A stretch of DNA of 64,000 bases from a bacterium (GCA_021812345.1 JAKANP010000002.1:6394-70393); one strand, 5' to 3'. Shown: positions 18,162-28,171, numbered from the stretch's first letter. Program-made: numbers and translations. The notes: generated by a model from the sequence alone, not told the origin.

Positions 18162-19703
18162 TTATTGAGCGGGGCAAGAAAAAGACGATAAGGCGCTGTT
18201 AAAATTACTCAACATCGTTTCGGTTGTGCCTGTTTGTCCGGAGCCGGCCATTTGCGCATCACCAATTATCGTCTTGTTGGCATCATTGTTTATAAAATCA
18301 TTATATGTTGATTGAGCTTGTGCAACGGCGCTGTCATCCGAATAATCGAGATTATTAAGTGTGTCCAAATTAGCCGAAGCTTCGCTTGCCACAGAGGAAA
18401 ATCCTTGTTGAAAAGTATTTAACGCGTCTAAAGCCGATGAAATTGTCATTTGCACCATATTACCGCCTCCCTGGTCAACAGAAATTAAAGAAGAAGAACA
18501 GGTATTATTGAAGTTAGTTGCCAAAGCAATGTCGGCATTAACAGCCGGAAGCAAAACGCCATTTACATAATTACCCACATCAGTATAAGCTTTAACAGCA
18601 TCGGACAAAGATTGCTTGTTGGCGCTTATTTTGTCATTTTGAATATTTTGCGGAATGTCTGAATTATTAATTCCTTGATTTGTCCCGCTAACCGACCATT
18701 GGCTTCCGTTGCTACTTACATGATTTAATCCTTCTGTTAATATTCTAGACGCTAAAGCGTTCAAAATTGCCGCTAAAGCGCTCTGGACATTTGAAGAATA
18801 CTGAAAATTGGCTCCCACTGCCTGCATTATCGCCCCGGCCGCTACACTCCCGGGAGTTTTCATTTCCCAAGACGTACACTCACTCTGGACAGCATAATTA
18901 ACACAAGCATCGTGTTGCGGGTCTCCTTGACATGTACTTTCGGCATCAGCTAAAGCTTTTTGGTCAGTGCATACTTTGTTGTCGGTAAATCCTTGTGAAG
19001 CGACCGCTTGAGTTTGCGCGATAGTGCTTTGAAGCGCTATTTTTTTATTTACCGCATCTTCAAGATTGCTCCATGCCAATGCCGAATCAACCTGAGGAGA
19101 AATTAAAGCGTCAAAGGCCGACCACCCCATATCGGTAAAAATTGATACCGGTCCGTTAGGATTTTCTATATTTCTTTTTATGTCGTCAAAGGTGCATTGC
19201 GTGGGAACTCCGTAGTATTGGTCGCCACTGCCTCCATATCCATACTGCTGAGCCAGGATTCCCAATCTCGCCTGGAATTGGACACCCAAAGGAGCGCAGA
19301 GATTAACGGTCCCGTTTGATAAATTATTAACATATTGTATTGCCGTACCTACCCCGATGTCGGTAGCGGCTTGTCCCAAATATTGCCCCCAATCGTTTAT
19401 ATATCCTGAACCGCTACCGCTCCCTCCAGAACTGCCATTTATTTGAGCTACGATATCTCTTTGCATTTTTGAAATAACAATGGCCACAATTATATCCCTG
19501 TAATGTTGTTGAATTTCTGTCCAGGTGGTTGCTAGATATTTTTGCAAAGCCATTTGTAATATGGCCGGAATACTACCGATTTGAAATGTTGGCCAACCTG
19601 CCTGAGCCACCTTTGGGCCAGAATTAAAAACTCCAAAAAAGTTTACGGAAATCACGGAACAAACAACAAACAGAATAATTATTTTTTTTAAAAATGAATT
19701 CAT
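18162..19703 (-). CDS. Secreted hypothetical protein (signal peptide, Gly/Ser linker), T4SS-locus associated
   Basis: N-terminal signal/TM MNSFLKKIIILFVVCSVISVNFFG, a GSSGGSGSGSG linker, and a Cys-containing extracellular domain. It overlaps the upstream gene by 4 nt, suggesting operonic coupling. Confidence 0.4.
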   Translation of the reverse strand: MNSFLKKIIILFVVCSVISVNFFGVFNSGPKVAQAGWPTFQIGSIPAILQMALQKYLATTWTEIQQHYRDIIVAIVISKMQRDIVAQINGSSGGSGSGSGYINDWGQYLGQAATDIGVGTAIQYVNNLSNGTVNLCAPLGVQFQARLGILAQQYGYGGSGDQYYGVPTQCTFDDIKRNIENPNGPVSIFTDMGWSAFDALISPQVDSALAWSNLEDAVNKKIALQSTIAQTQAVASQGFTDNKVCTDQKALADAESTCQGDPQHDACVNYAVQSECTSWEMKTPGSVAAGAIMQAVGANFQYSSNVQSALAAILNALASRILTEGLNHVSSNGSQWSVSGTNQGINNSDIPQNIQNDKISANKQSLSDAVKAYTDVGNYVNGVLLPAVNADIALATNFNNTCSSSLISVDQGGGNMVQMTISSALDALNTFQQGFSSVASEASANLDTLNNLDYSDDSAVAQAQSTYNDFINNDANKTIIGDAQMAGSGQTGTTETMLSNFNSALSSFSCPAQ

Positions 19704-20548
19704 TTATTTAAATTGTATTGTTTTATTATTGAATCATACAAAACAACCAGCTCTTGAGATTCACTCGTTATCTCTGTCGCTCCGTCAGTTGATGCGATAT
19801 ATGCCTTAATCGGGTCATTGTCTCCATTCCTTATGGCCCCAAAAACGATGGCCGAATTTTTTAAAAATATCAAAGATTTTTCATGGAACATAACCAAACT
19901 TGACGGGACTCTTAACCCTATAAGTTTATCATATCCTGAATTAAAATCCGAGATTAATTGGTCCAGTTGTTGAGTATTTCCATTATTTACAGCATCGGTA
20001 ACAATCTTGCTTATTTGCTGGGGATCGGAAATAAATGTATTGGCGGCTTGAGTAAAAATAATTGAATATTGTTGGCCATAATTTTGTATTGATTGCAAAT
20101 CATCGTTGTTAGTTATCAAAATGCTCGATGTGGCGATAGATGAAATCATTCCCAAAGGGTTATTTTTAAATTGATCCATTAATTTATTAACATCCACCGA
20201 CGAGCTGGCGGAATTTATTTGGTCAACCAATGATTGAGAACTAGTGCTATTGGTAAGATTAATTTTTGAAAGAAATTGAGATGCTACGCTGTTTGATATC
20301 TGATCCGTTAAATTTGAAGGCGCAACAATGTTTGTGCTCGTTGAATTTTGTTGCGACTGAGATAAAGAAGATTGTATAGAATTTATATAAGGAGCCGAAG
20401 AACTGTCTTGAGCAGAATTATTTATCGTAATAGGAGATCCCCCTTCCGAACTCAAAGAGTTCCCCAGAAATCCGGACATCAGCCAATAAACGACAAAAAT
20501 AATCGTTATTAAAATAAAAACAGCAAAAATTTGATGCTCCTTGCTCAT
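19700..20548 (-). CDS. Membrane-anchored Ser/Asn-rich hypothetical protein, first gene of the T4SS-like locus
   Basis: N-terminal TM helix IFAVFILITIIFVVYWLM followed by an S/N/Q-rich extracellular region. Confidence 0.4.
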   Translation of the reverse strand: MSKEHQIFAVFILITIIFVVYWLMSGFLGNSLSSEGGSPITINNSAQDSSSAPYINSIQSSLSQSQQNSTSTNIVAPSNLTDQISNSVASQFLSKINLTNSTSSQSLVDQINSASSSVDVNKLMDQFKNNPLGMISSIATSSILITNNDDLQSIQNYGQQYSIIFTQAANTFISDPQQISKIVTDAVNNGNTQQLDQLISDFNSGYDKLIGLRVPSSLVMFHEKSLIFLKNSAIVFGAIRNGDNDPIKAYIASTDGATEITSESQELVVLYDSIIKQYNLNK

Positions 20549-20576
20549 TTAAATGAATTATAATATTTATTTTATA

Positions 20577-21362
20577 TCAAAACAATAGAGAAATTTGATA
20601 AGCATCTTGCTGAGTCATATCTTGAGGTCGAATATTTTTATTTAAAGAATGTTCTTTAAAAACCGATGCGATAGTGTCCTTATTATACCCTCCAAAAATC
20701 AGGTTATTGACCAATGTTTTTCTCGGTTGCTTGAATGCTTTTTTTATAAAAGAATAATATTTATCGGCATTATTCCAATTAACATCATCTTTTAAATCCA
20801 ATTCCAATACCGCCGATTCCACTTCCGGCGAAGGCGCGAAATTTCCCGATGCAACCGATATTATAATTTTTGGTTCCGCCCAAAATCCGACGCTCATTGA
20901 AAGCAGGCTCGAATCGGGAGCTTTGGCGCAAATTCTTTGCGCCACTTCTTTTTGGATGAGCAAAATTGTCTTTATGGGTTTGATTTTCAGCTCTCCGATA
21001 ATTCGCAAAAGATGGCCTGTTATGTAATAAGGAATGTTGCCGACGAGTTTGTATTTGGTATTTTGTATTTGGTATTTTGTATGCAAAATTGGAAGAATTT
21101 CTAAAACATCTCCATAGATAATTTCAATGTTTTTGTCTCCTGAAAATTTTTCTTTCAAGCCATCTATTAATCGCCCATCTTTTTCGATGACAATTATTTT
21201 GACGTCTTTCCCTTCTGCGAATTTAATTATCTCTTCAGTTAATTCTCCGTGGCCGGGCCCGATTTCAACAATAATTTCTCCGTTTTTTATTTCTACGGCT
21301 TGAGCTATTTTTGATAAAATCGTTTTATTTTTTAAAAAATGTTGTCCTAAATATCTTGGCAT
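20577..21362 (-). CDS. rsmA: 16S rRNA (adenine1518/1519-N6)-dimethyltransferase RsmA/KsgA
   Basis: MPRYLGQHFLKN start, SAM-binding EIGPGHGELTEEI, and a C-terminal KsgA fold. 261 aa. Confidence 0.85.
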   Translation of the reverse strand: MPRYLGQHFLKNKTILSKIAQAVEIKNGEIIVEIGPGHGELTEEIIKFAEGKDVKIIVIEKDGRLIDGLKEKFSGDKNIEIIYGDVLEILPILHTKYQIQNTKYKLVGNIPYYITGHLLRIIGELKIKPIKTILLIQKEVAQRICAKAPDSSLLSMSVGFWAEPKIIISVASGNFAPSPEVESAVLELDLKDDVNWNNADKYYSFIKKAFKQPRKTLVNNLIFGGYNKDTIASVFKEHSLNKNIRPQDMTQQDAYQISLLF

Positions 21363-21385
21363 TTTTTATTTTATTAAAAATTTAT

Positions 21386-23191
21386 TTAATCATACTCTAT
21401 ATATCTTTCTTCGTCATCAAAAGCGCGCTTACCGGCAAACTCAAGATTATTTGAAGGAAGCTCGCTTAAAAATCTTGATGGCAAATTATAAAAACTCAAA
21501 TAAAGCTCCTCTCTGGCTCTGGTCATTGCCACATACATCAATCTTCTTTCCTCTTCCACGTCTTGAGATGAAAAAAATGATCTCTGGTGTGGCAAAAGTC
21601 CTTCATTGACTCCCACCACAAAAACAACATCAAACTCAAGCCCCTTGGCAAGGTGGATAGTCATCATATTAATTCCGCTTAAATATTTTTTATCTCTTTT
21701 TTTTCTGACGCTTTCATCAAGGGGAGAGGCCAGAGAAATTTTTTCCAGAAAATTAGGTAATTTTGAAAATTGTTGGGAAAAATAAATCAATTCCTGTATG
21801 TTTTCCAGACGTTCCGAAAAATTCGGGTAAGTTTTTTCAAGCATAGCGATATAATCGGTCGCTTTGATGAAATAATCTATGATTTTATCCGGTTTTAAAG
21901 ATGACTTTAACGGCAATTCTTCTTTTATTTTTAAATATGTTTTTTTATAAAAATTTTTTTCAAGACGCGAGAGGCTAATTTCATCGGACGGATTAGCACA
22001 ATATTTTAGAGCCGCCACTAAATCTTTGATTTCTTTGCGTTCATAAAAAGTGATTGCCCCGAATAAATTGTATTCAACTCCATATTCCAAAAGCATCTGC
22101 TCCAAAGCTCGCGATTGAGCGTTGGTTCTAAATAAAATACCCACATTTTTATTCTGCCTTAAATAACCTGACGCTGTTTGAATGACAAAATCCGCTTCTT
22201 CAAACTCGTCGTCATGTTCCGCAATTTTAACCAATGAACCGTCTTGGTTTTGAGTCCAAAGTTTTTTTGGTTTTTGCAAAACATTATTGGAAATCAATCC
22301 GGAAGAAGAATTTATAATATTTTTAGTCGAGCGGTAATTCTGTTCCAAAAAAATAATTTTTGCTTCCGGCCAGTCTTTTTCAAAATTCAAAAAATTCCTG
22401 AAATCGGAAAATCTGAACCCATAAATCGCCTGCTGATCGTCTCCGACAACATTTATGTTTTTGTGCGCCTCGGAGAGCATTTTAACCAACCGATATTGAA
22501 CAGAGTTGGTATCCTGATATTCATCCACCAAAACATAATCGTATTGGGACTGATATCTTTTTAGGACCTCTTTATTTTTAGAAAAAAGCTGAAAAACTTT
22601 TTCAAGCAGATCATCAAAATCAAACGCATTATTTCTTTCTAAAAAACTTTCATATTCCTTAAAAAGAAAGTAGATTTTTTTAGATTTTTCACTTTCCTGA
22701 AAATCCTCTTCGTCTAACAATTCACTTTTTATTTTAGAAAATTCTTTAATTAAAACTGTTGGTGAAAAATCGGAAACCGATATGTTAAAATTTTTTAATA
22801 TTTTTTTTATGGCGGAGATTGAATCGTCTCTGTCAAAAATCGAAAACGAATAATTTCTACCGAAGAATTTACCTTCTTTTCTTAAAATTCCCGCCCCAAA
22901 AGAGTGAAAAGTTCCGACAAACGGTTCATTTGAAATTTTTATTTTTGAAGAGAAAAGGGATTTTTTTACTCTTTCTTTCATTTCATCGGCGGCTTTATTG
23001 GTGAAAGTTATAGCTAAAATTCTTTCGGGTTTTACGCCTTTTTGAGAAATCAAATAAGCCAACCTGGATGTAAGCGTTTTTGTTTTTCCCGATCCGGCTC
23101 CGGCCACAATCAACATCGGCCCCTCCCCGTATTCAACGGCCTCTTTTTGTTTAGGATTAAGTTCATCGTTCATTGTGTATTGAGAATACAC
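21386..23191 (-). CDS. UvrD/PcrA/Rep-family ATP-dependent DNA helicase
   Basis: LNPKQKEAVEYGEGPMLIVAGAGSGKTKTLTSRLAYLI (motifs Q and I), DEYQDTN (motif II), and conserved later SF1 motifs. 601 aa. Confidence 0.8.
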   Translation of the reverse strand: MYSQYTMNDELNPKQKEAVEYGEGPMLIVAGAGSGKTKTLTSRLAYLISQKGVKPERILAITFTNKAADEMKERVKKSLFSSKIKISNEPFVGTFHSFGAGILRKEGKFFGRNYSFSIFDRDDSISAIKKILKNFNISVSDFSPTVLIKEFSKIKSELLDEEDFQESEKSKKIYFLFKEYESFLERNNAFDFDDLLEKVFQLFSKNKEVLKRYQSQYDYVLVDEYQDTNSVQYRLVKMLSEAHKNINVVGDDQQAIYGFRFSDFRNFLNFEKDWPEAKIIFLEQNYRSTKNIINSSSGLISNNVLQKPKKLWTQNQDGSLVKIAEHDDEFEEADFVIQTASGYLRQNKNVGILFRTNAQSRALEQMLLEYGVEYNLFGAITFYERKEIKDLVAALKYCANPSDEISLSRLEKNFYKKTYLKIKEELPLKSSLKPDKIIDYFIKATDYIAMLEKTYPNFSERLENIQELIYFSQQFSKLPNFLEKISLASPLDESVRKKRDKKYLSGINMMTIHLAKGLEFDVVFVVGVNEGLLPHQRSFFSSQDVEEERRLMYVAMTRAREELYLSFYNLPSRFLSELPSNNLEFAGKRAFDDEERYIEYD

Positions 23192-23217
23192 AAGATTTTA
23201 TGAATTTTCAAAAAAAT

Positions 23218-24840
23218 CTAAAAAATAACCGCTATTACAACAAGAAAGAGATAACAAAGATAAGCAAGAAATATGGATTTTTCGGAATAATTTTTTTTTG
23301 ATGCCAGCCAATAAAAAATCAATCCGAAAATTATTGCCGGAAAATACAGCGCCGATATTTTTAAAAACATCGGGAAAATTATTGCCGACACAAAAAGCAG
23401 GGCGCCTATTATTTTTTTCCCTTTTTCCAATCCAAACAATGATGGAATCGTGGCAATAGATTGCTCTTTGTCTCCTTTGAAATCTTTTACATCTTTAAAA
23501 TTTCCCGCCAAAAAAACCGCCAAAACAGTGAGAACGGCAATATTTATAGGAAAATCATTGACTGTCGCCGTAGGAAGAGCGACAAAAAATCCACCCATAA
23601 CAAAAAACAAATATGCCAAAGCTATCAAAAAAGTATTGAGTAAAAAAATTTTTTTTAATCTTAGCGGCGGGGACGAATACAAAAAAGCCAAACCCAATGA
23701 TGCCAAAACTAAAATAAAAAAATAAAAATTTAAAATCAAAGCCCCTATTAAAGACAACAAAGAAAACACAACTGCAAAAAACTTAAACTGATCAAAATTC
23801 ATCGCGCCCGAAGGAAGCGGCCTGTTTTGATTGGAAACGGCGTCTATTTTGTAATCATAAATATCATTGTGAAAAATCGTTGCCAGATGGAATAAAAAAG
23901 CCGACAGAACCAAGTCAATCAAGCAAAATATATTAACAAAATTAAGTTGAATCAAAGCGCCTTGATATTTCCACGCCACCGCTATTCCGATAAAAGACAT
24001 TATCACATAAGCCGCTCCTCTTTCCCATCTGAAATTTTTAAATACCGTTTTTAATAAATTTTTATTATATAGAAAAAATGAAAAAAGAAGACCTAAAATA
24101 AAAATCGGGAAAATAACAGACGAGGCAAGCAAATCAAACCAGACGTTGTAAGATTGGGAAGAAAGCGACTGAAAATAATTGTGTCCCGCAAAAAGATAAT
24201 TAAAATTATTATAAAAAAGATTTAAAAAAGAAGCAGTCGGATGCAAAAATAACGGATTTTGAAAGATGACAATAAAGCTCGGCAATGAACCAAAAAACAT
24301 TATGATTAGATAACAGAAAATTGCGGCCAACAGACTTTTAAATAAATTTTTTGTTTTCGCAAAAACATATATTGCCGATAACAATAAAAACAAAAATATT
24401 TCAATTCTAATAGAGATACTAAAATAAAAAACAGTATGAAAATTAAAGAAAAAACCTAAAATACTCTCAAATAATTGCTTCCAATTTTGAGCAAAAATGT
24501 AAGAAGAAGATCCAAAAACCGGTTCATTTATCAAAAATGGCAAGACAACTGAAACAAAAATTACCGGAAAAAACATTAAAACCGATTTAGAAACATTTTC
24601 TATCTTCTCCTTAGATATCAAGCTCAAAACAATAGTTATAAAAATAATTACCGACGCATACCATACGAAAAAATGCAAAAAAGAGGCGGCGGTTAAAAAT
24701 TGGCCAAGATATCCCAATCCAGAAAAACTTTCCAATAAGAATCTAAACAAAACAATGACGAAAAAAAACGCCAACCAGCTAAAAAATGGCGCATCATTCT
24801 TTTCTATTTTATCTATTATTTTATTTATCCAATTAAACAT
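23218..24840 (-). CDS. UbiA-family prenyltransferase domain fused to a large N-terminal polytopic membrane domain
   Basis: C-terminal half carries the UbiA signatures NDIYDYKID (NDxxDxxxD), NRPLPSG and YSSPPLRLK. It is preceded by an extra multi-TM domain of about 300 aa with unknown function. Confidence 0.55.
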   Translation of the reverse strand: MFNWINKIIDKIEKNDAPFFSWLAFFFVIVLFRFLLESFSGLGYLGQFLTAASFLHFFVWYASVIIFITIVLSLISKEKIENVSKSVLMFFPVIFVSVVLPFLINEPVFGSSSYIFAQNWKQLFESILGFFFNFHTVFYFSISIRIEIFLFLLLSAIYVFAKTKNLFKSLLAAIFCYLIIMFFGSLPSFIVIFQNPLFLHPTASFLNLFYNNFNYLFAGHNYFQSLSSQSYNVWFDLLASSVIFPIFILGLLFSFFLYNKNLLKTVFKNFRWERGAAYVIMSFIGIAVAWKYQGALIQLNFVNIFCLIDLVLSAFLFHLATIFHNDIYDYKIDAVSNQNRPLPSGAMNFDQFKFFAVVFSLLSLIGALILNFYFFILVLASLGLAFLYSSPPLRLKKIFLLNTFLIALAYLFFVMGGFFVALPTATVNDFPINIAVLTVLAVFLAGNFKDVKDFKGDKEQSIATIPSLFGLEKGKKIIGALLFVSAIIFPMFLKISALYFPAIIFGLIFYWLASKKNYSEKSIFLAYLCYLFLVVIAVIF

Positions 24841-24906
24841 TAAGATAATAGATTCTACAATATATTTTTAGATAATAAAAACGGAAATTTTTCGTGTTGA
24901 TCGATT

Positions 24907-26439
24907 TTAAACTCTCGTTCTGTAGGAGAATGCTTCGCTTAAAGACGGCTCGTCAACGATTTCTTTGCCGTCCATATCGGCGATTGTTTGAGCGACTTTC
25001 AAAATCTTAAAATACCCCCTGGCGGAAATATATGCTTTATCAAGCGCCTTGTTTAAAAAATTTTTTGATTTTAAATCCAGTTTGACGATTTCGTCGGTCA
25101 TCTTTGAAGAAAGTTCGGAATTGGAATGAATGTTTAAATTCATTTTTTTAAATCTGAGTTTTTGGATTTCTCTTGCCGATTCAATTGTTTCTTTCAGTTT
25201 TAAGGAGTAATTTTCATCCGACTTTTTTTGAAAATCGTCGGATTTCAAACGATTAACCCAAATATGAATATCAATTCTGTCCAAAAGAGGACCGGATAAT
25301 TTTTTTTGATATTTTAATATCTCGTAGGCACTACAGCGGCATTCTTTTTCTTCGTCCTGATAATATCCGCACGGACAAGGATTTGACGCCGCTACCAACA
25401 TAAATTTTGCCGGAAAAACAACGCTCCCTTTCGAGCGAGTTATTGTTATGTTCCCGCTCTCAAGAGGCTGACGCAGTGATTCCAAAACATCTCTGTGAAA
25501 TTCAGGCAATTCATCCAAAAACAAAACTCCTCTGTGCGCTAAACTTATTTCTCCGGGTTTTGGGTTTTGTCCACCACCGACAATGGAAACTAAAGACGCC
25601 GAATGGTGCGGAGACCTAAACGGACGCGATGCCAAAAATGGCTTTCCAAAAAGCATTCCGGCAGCGCTATAAATTTGAGTCGTTTCTAAAGCTTCATCAA
25701 AATCAATATCGGGCAAAATAGAAACTAATGCTTGGGCCAACATCGTTTTACCGGCGCCCGGGGGACCGGACATAAAAATATTATGTCCGCCGGCGGCGGC
25801 AATGGAGAGCGCCCGCTTTGCCGATTCTTGACCTTTGATTTCTGAAATATCAACTCCATGTGACACTTTTTGCGGAACAAATTCTTCAGGATACAAAGAC
25901 AAAATTTTCTCTCTTTCCTCAAGATGATCTATCAACTGTTTCAGCGAATCTACCGGATAAATTTCTATTCCGGAGATGTTGGCGGCTTCGGCAGAATTTT
26001 TTTTTGGAATATAAACTTCTTTAAATCCTCTTTCTCTTGCCATAAAACAAATATTCAAAGCTCCGGCAACCGGACGAATTGAGCCGTCTAACGCCAATTC
26101 TCCAACAAAAATTTTATCTTTGGAATTAAAATTTTTTATTTGTTCGGACGCGATCAGATAACCCAAAGCAATAGAAACGTCATATTGAGAACCGAACTTT
26201 TTCAAATCCGCCGGAGCAAGATTAACGGTTACTTTGCGATTTTCTCTGGTGGGTGGTTTAACGCCGACATTTTTTAAAGCCGAAGAAACTCTTTCTTTGG
26301 CTTCGGAAACGGCTTTATCGGCAAGACCCACCAAGGTAAAAGATGATAAACCCACATTAATATCAACTTCTACTTCTATAATCCTTGATGAAATTCCTTC
26401 GATGTCTGCGGTGTAAATTTTTGCTATTTTTCCTGACAT
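24907..26439 (-). CDS. comM: YifB/ComM family Mg-chelatase-like AAA+ ATPase
   Basis: N-terminal Lon-like domain MSGKIAKIYTADIEGI...VEVD, Walker A GPPGAGKT, Walker B FLDELPEF, and a C-terminal ComM domain. 510 aa. Confidence 0.85.
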   Translation of the reverse strand: MSGKIAKIYTADIEGISSRIIEVEVDINVGLSSFTLVGLADKAVSEAKERVSSALKNVGVKPPTRENRKVTVNLAPADLKKFGSQYDVSIALGYLIASEQIKNFNSKDKIFVGELALDGSIRPVAGALNICFMARERGFKEVYIPKKNSAEAANISGIEIYPVDSLKQLIDHLEEREKILSLYPEEFVPQKVSHGVDISEIKGQESAKRALSIAAAGGHNIFMSGPPGAGKTMLAQALVSILPDIDFDEALETTQIYSAAGMLFGKPFLASRPFRSPHHSASLVSIVGGGQNPKPGEISLAHRGVLFLDELPEFHRDVLESLRQPLESGNITITRSKGSVVFPAKFMLVAASNPCPCGYYQDEEKECRCSAYEILKYQKKLSGPLLDRIDIHIWVNRLKSDDFQKKSDENYSLKLKETIESAREIQKLRFKKMNLNIHSNSELSSKMTDEIVKLDLKSKNFLNKALDKAYISARGYFKILKVAQTIADMDGKEIVDEPSLSEAFSYRTRV

Positions 26440-26495
26440 TTTAAGATAAATAAAAAACCCTCATCCTTTTTGGCTGGGGGTTTTTAATGATTAAA

Positions 26496-26840
26496 CTATT
26501 TTTTATTTATATTTTTTTTATTGCACTCGCGACAGAATTTAGATTCGGGCGAGATATCCAAAATTTCTTCTTCTATTTCTTGCCCGCAACTTTCACATTT
26601 TCCATAATTTCCTTTTTGGATTTTTATCAATGCCGACTCCACTTCATCAAGTTCATCTCTCAAAGAAGAAGCAGAAGATCGCTGATTGAACGCCTGTTCG
26701 GACTCGTCGGTATTTTCGTCTTCTCCGGGAAAATCTCCCATATCCACAGGAGTTTCAAGATGAGCTATTTCATCTTCTAAAGATTCCTTCATTCCTTCCA
26801 GTGTATTTTTATACTTTTCTATTTTTTCTTTGGATAACAT
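26496..26840 (-). CDS. DksA/TraR-family C4 zinc-finger protein
   Basis: Coiled-coil N-terminus and C-terminal CESCGQEI-x17-CRECN zinc finger typical of DksA/TraR. Confidence 0.6.
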   Translation of the reverse strand: MLSKEKIEKYKNTLEGMKESLEDEIAHLETPVDMGDFPGEDENTDESEQAFNQRSSASSLRDELDEVESALIKIQKGNYGKCESCGQEIEEEILDISPESKFCRECNKKNINKK

Positions 26841-26848
26841 TTTTATTT

Positions 26849-28171
26849 TTAAGGATTAATCGTAGTTGTTCCCGTGGTGGTCGTCGTAGGCGAAGTTACC
26901 GGTGGCACCGGTGGCGGAACTATCGGAGTAGTCGTTGAAGTAATCGTTGAGGTGGTTGTAGTAATTCCAGTTGATTGATTTTGTGCCGGCAACGCTTTTA
27001 ATCTTTTAATAATATCAGCCATCTGATTGTAGGATGTCGCCATAACCAAATAATTATTCCCGCCAGCAGTCATCCACGCATATTCAAAAACTTTAGCCGT
27101 CTTAAGATCATAAACTAGATATCTCACGGAAACTCCGCTGATTATTCCCCCTTTAAATTCAATTTTAGAAGGAACTGTTGTAGTGGAAACAAAAAGATTT
27201 TTAACATCCGAGTAACCATTTTCCAAAATTGAGCCGAGTGATGAAGATGCCTGATCTAAACTAACGGAACTTTTTAATTTCAGAACAACTCCAAACTTTG
27301 CTCCTCCGGTTTTGTCATAGTAAAGCCAAGAAGTAAAATCACGATCAAAAACTTGACTCAACATTTGAGATTCTACGGGAAAATAAGATTTTAAAAATTG
27401 AGTTGATTCAATCGGAGTTGAACTGGCATCAACAAAAGCCAAATCCTTTACACTCGCGACAAGCATCTTTTCTTTTGAAGAAGATGCGACTACGGACTGA
27501 AAATCCGGTAAGTCCACAGGATTGATAACTAAAGTTTGAGCTTTTGTCGGATTTAGAATTAATGATTGATGGACTAACGGCGGAATAACCGGAACATTTG
27601 AAACCGGAGTAGAGGTTGGAGTTGAAGTTTGAGTAACAGGAGGAGGCAATAATGGCAACGTGCTTGTTGTATTATTGGATGCCGTCGGTATGGAAATTTG
27701 AGGCGAAGACGACATTCCTGAAACCAAATAATATGCGCCATACCCGATTCCTCCGGCAACAACCAATCCTAAAACTATAAATAAGATTGTTTTCAAATTA
27801 AGACCGGGTTTTGAGTTCAAAGCTGGCTGACCGTCTGATGGCTGATAAGAGGCCTGAGAAAATGACGGCATCGGCTCTGAAGAAACCGGCGGAGTTTGCT
27901 GAGCCGGCGTTTCCGGCGTCGCATAATTTTGAGATTGAAAATTGGTCTGAGGATTTTGCGCCACAGGCTGTTGCTGTCCCATGTCAGGCAACTCGGGAGC
28001 ATTAATTATTTGCGACTGAGGAGCTTCCCCTCCGCTTTGTTTAACCGATTCTAAATCGGATTGCATGCTTCTCACTCCCACCTGAGAGTCCATTGACGGA
28101 GGCGGAGGCGGAACATTTGACGACTGATTTTGAGAATCGGGGAAATTGTACGGGTTTGGATTGTTGTCCAT
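26849..28171 (-). CDS. Hypothetical single-pass membrane protein, Pro-rich N-terminus and Thr-rich C-terminus
   Basis: One central TM helix (ILFIVLGLVVAGGIGYGAYYLV) with low-complexity P/Q and T/P-rich flanks. Confidence 0.35.
   Translation of the reverse strand: MDNNPNPYNFPDSQNQSSNVPPPPPSMDSQVGVRSMQSDLESVKQSGGEAPQSQIINAPELPDMGQQQPVAQNPQTNFQSQNYATPETPAQQTPPVSSEPMPSFSQASYQPSDGQPALNSKPGLNLKTILFIVLGLVVAGGIGYGAYYLVSGMSSSPQISIPTASNNTTSTLPLLPPPVTQTSTPTSTPVSNVPVIPPLVHQSLILNPTKAQTLVINPVDLPDFQSVVASSSKEKMLVASVKDLAFVDASSTPIESTQFLKSYFPVESQMLSQVFDRDFTSWLYYDKTGGAKFGVVLKLKSSVSLDQASSSLGSILENGYSDVKNLFVSTTTVPSKIEFKGGIISGVSVRYLVYDLKTAKVFEYAWMTAGGNNYLVMATSYNQMADIIKRLKALPAQNQSTGITTTTSTITSTTTPIVPPPVPPVTSPTTTTTGTTTINP

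Noticed and set aside
7969-20548. Integrative conjugative element or conjugative plasmid segment
   Set aside because: VirB4, VirB3-like, VirB6-like and pilins are present, but no relaxase, VirD4 coupling protein or oriT-like nick region is found in 64 kb. The locus is embedded among housekeeping genes of similar composition, and the only recombinase is 12 kb away next to tRNA-Leu.
21050-21075. Tandem duplication GTATTTGGTATTTTGTATTTGGTATTTTGTA inside ksgA
   Set aside because: It is in frame and simply encodes a short duplicated peptide (KYQIQNTKYKLV) in a loop region. It shows no sign of disruption and is noted only as a minor slippage event.
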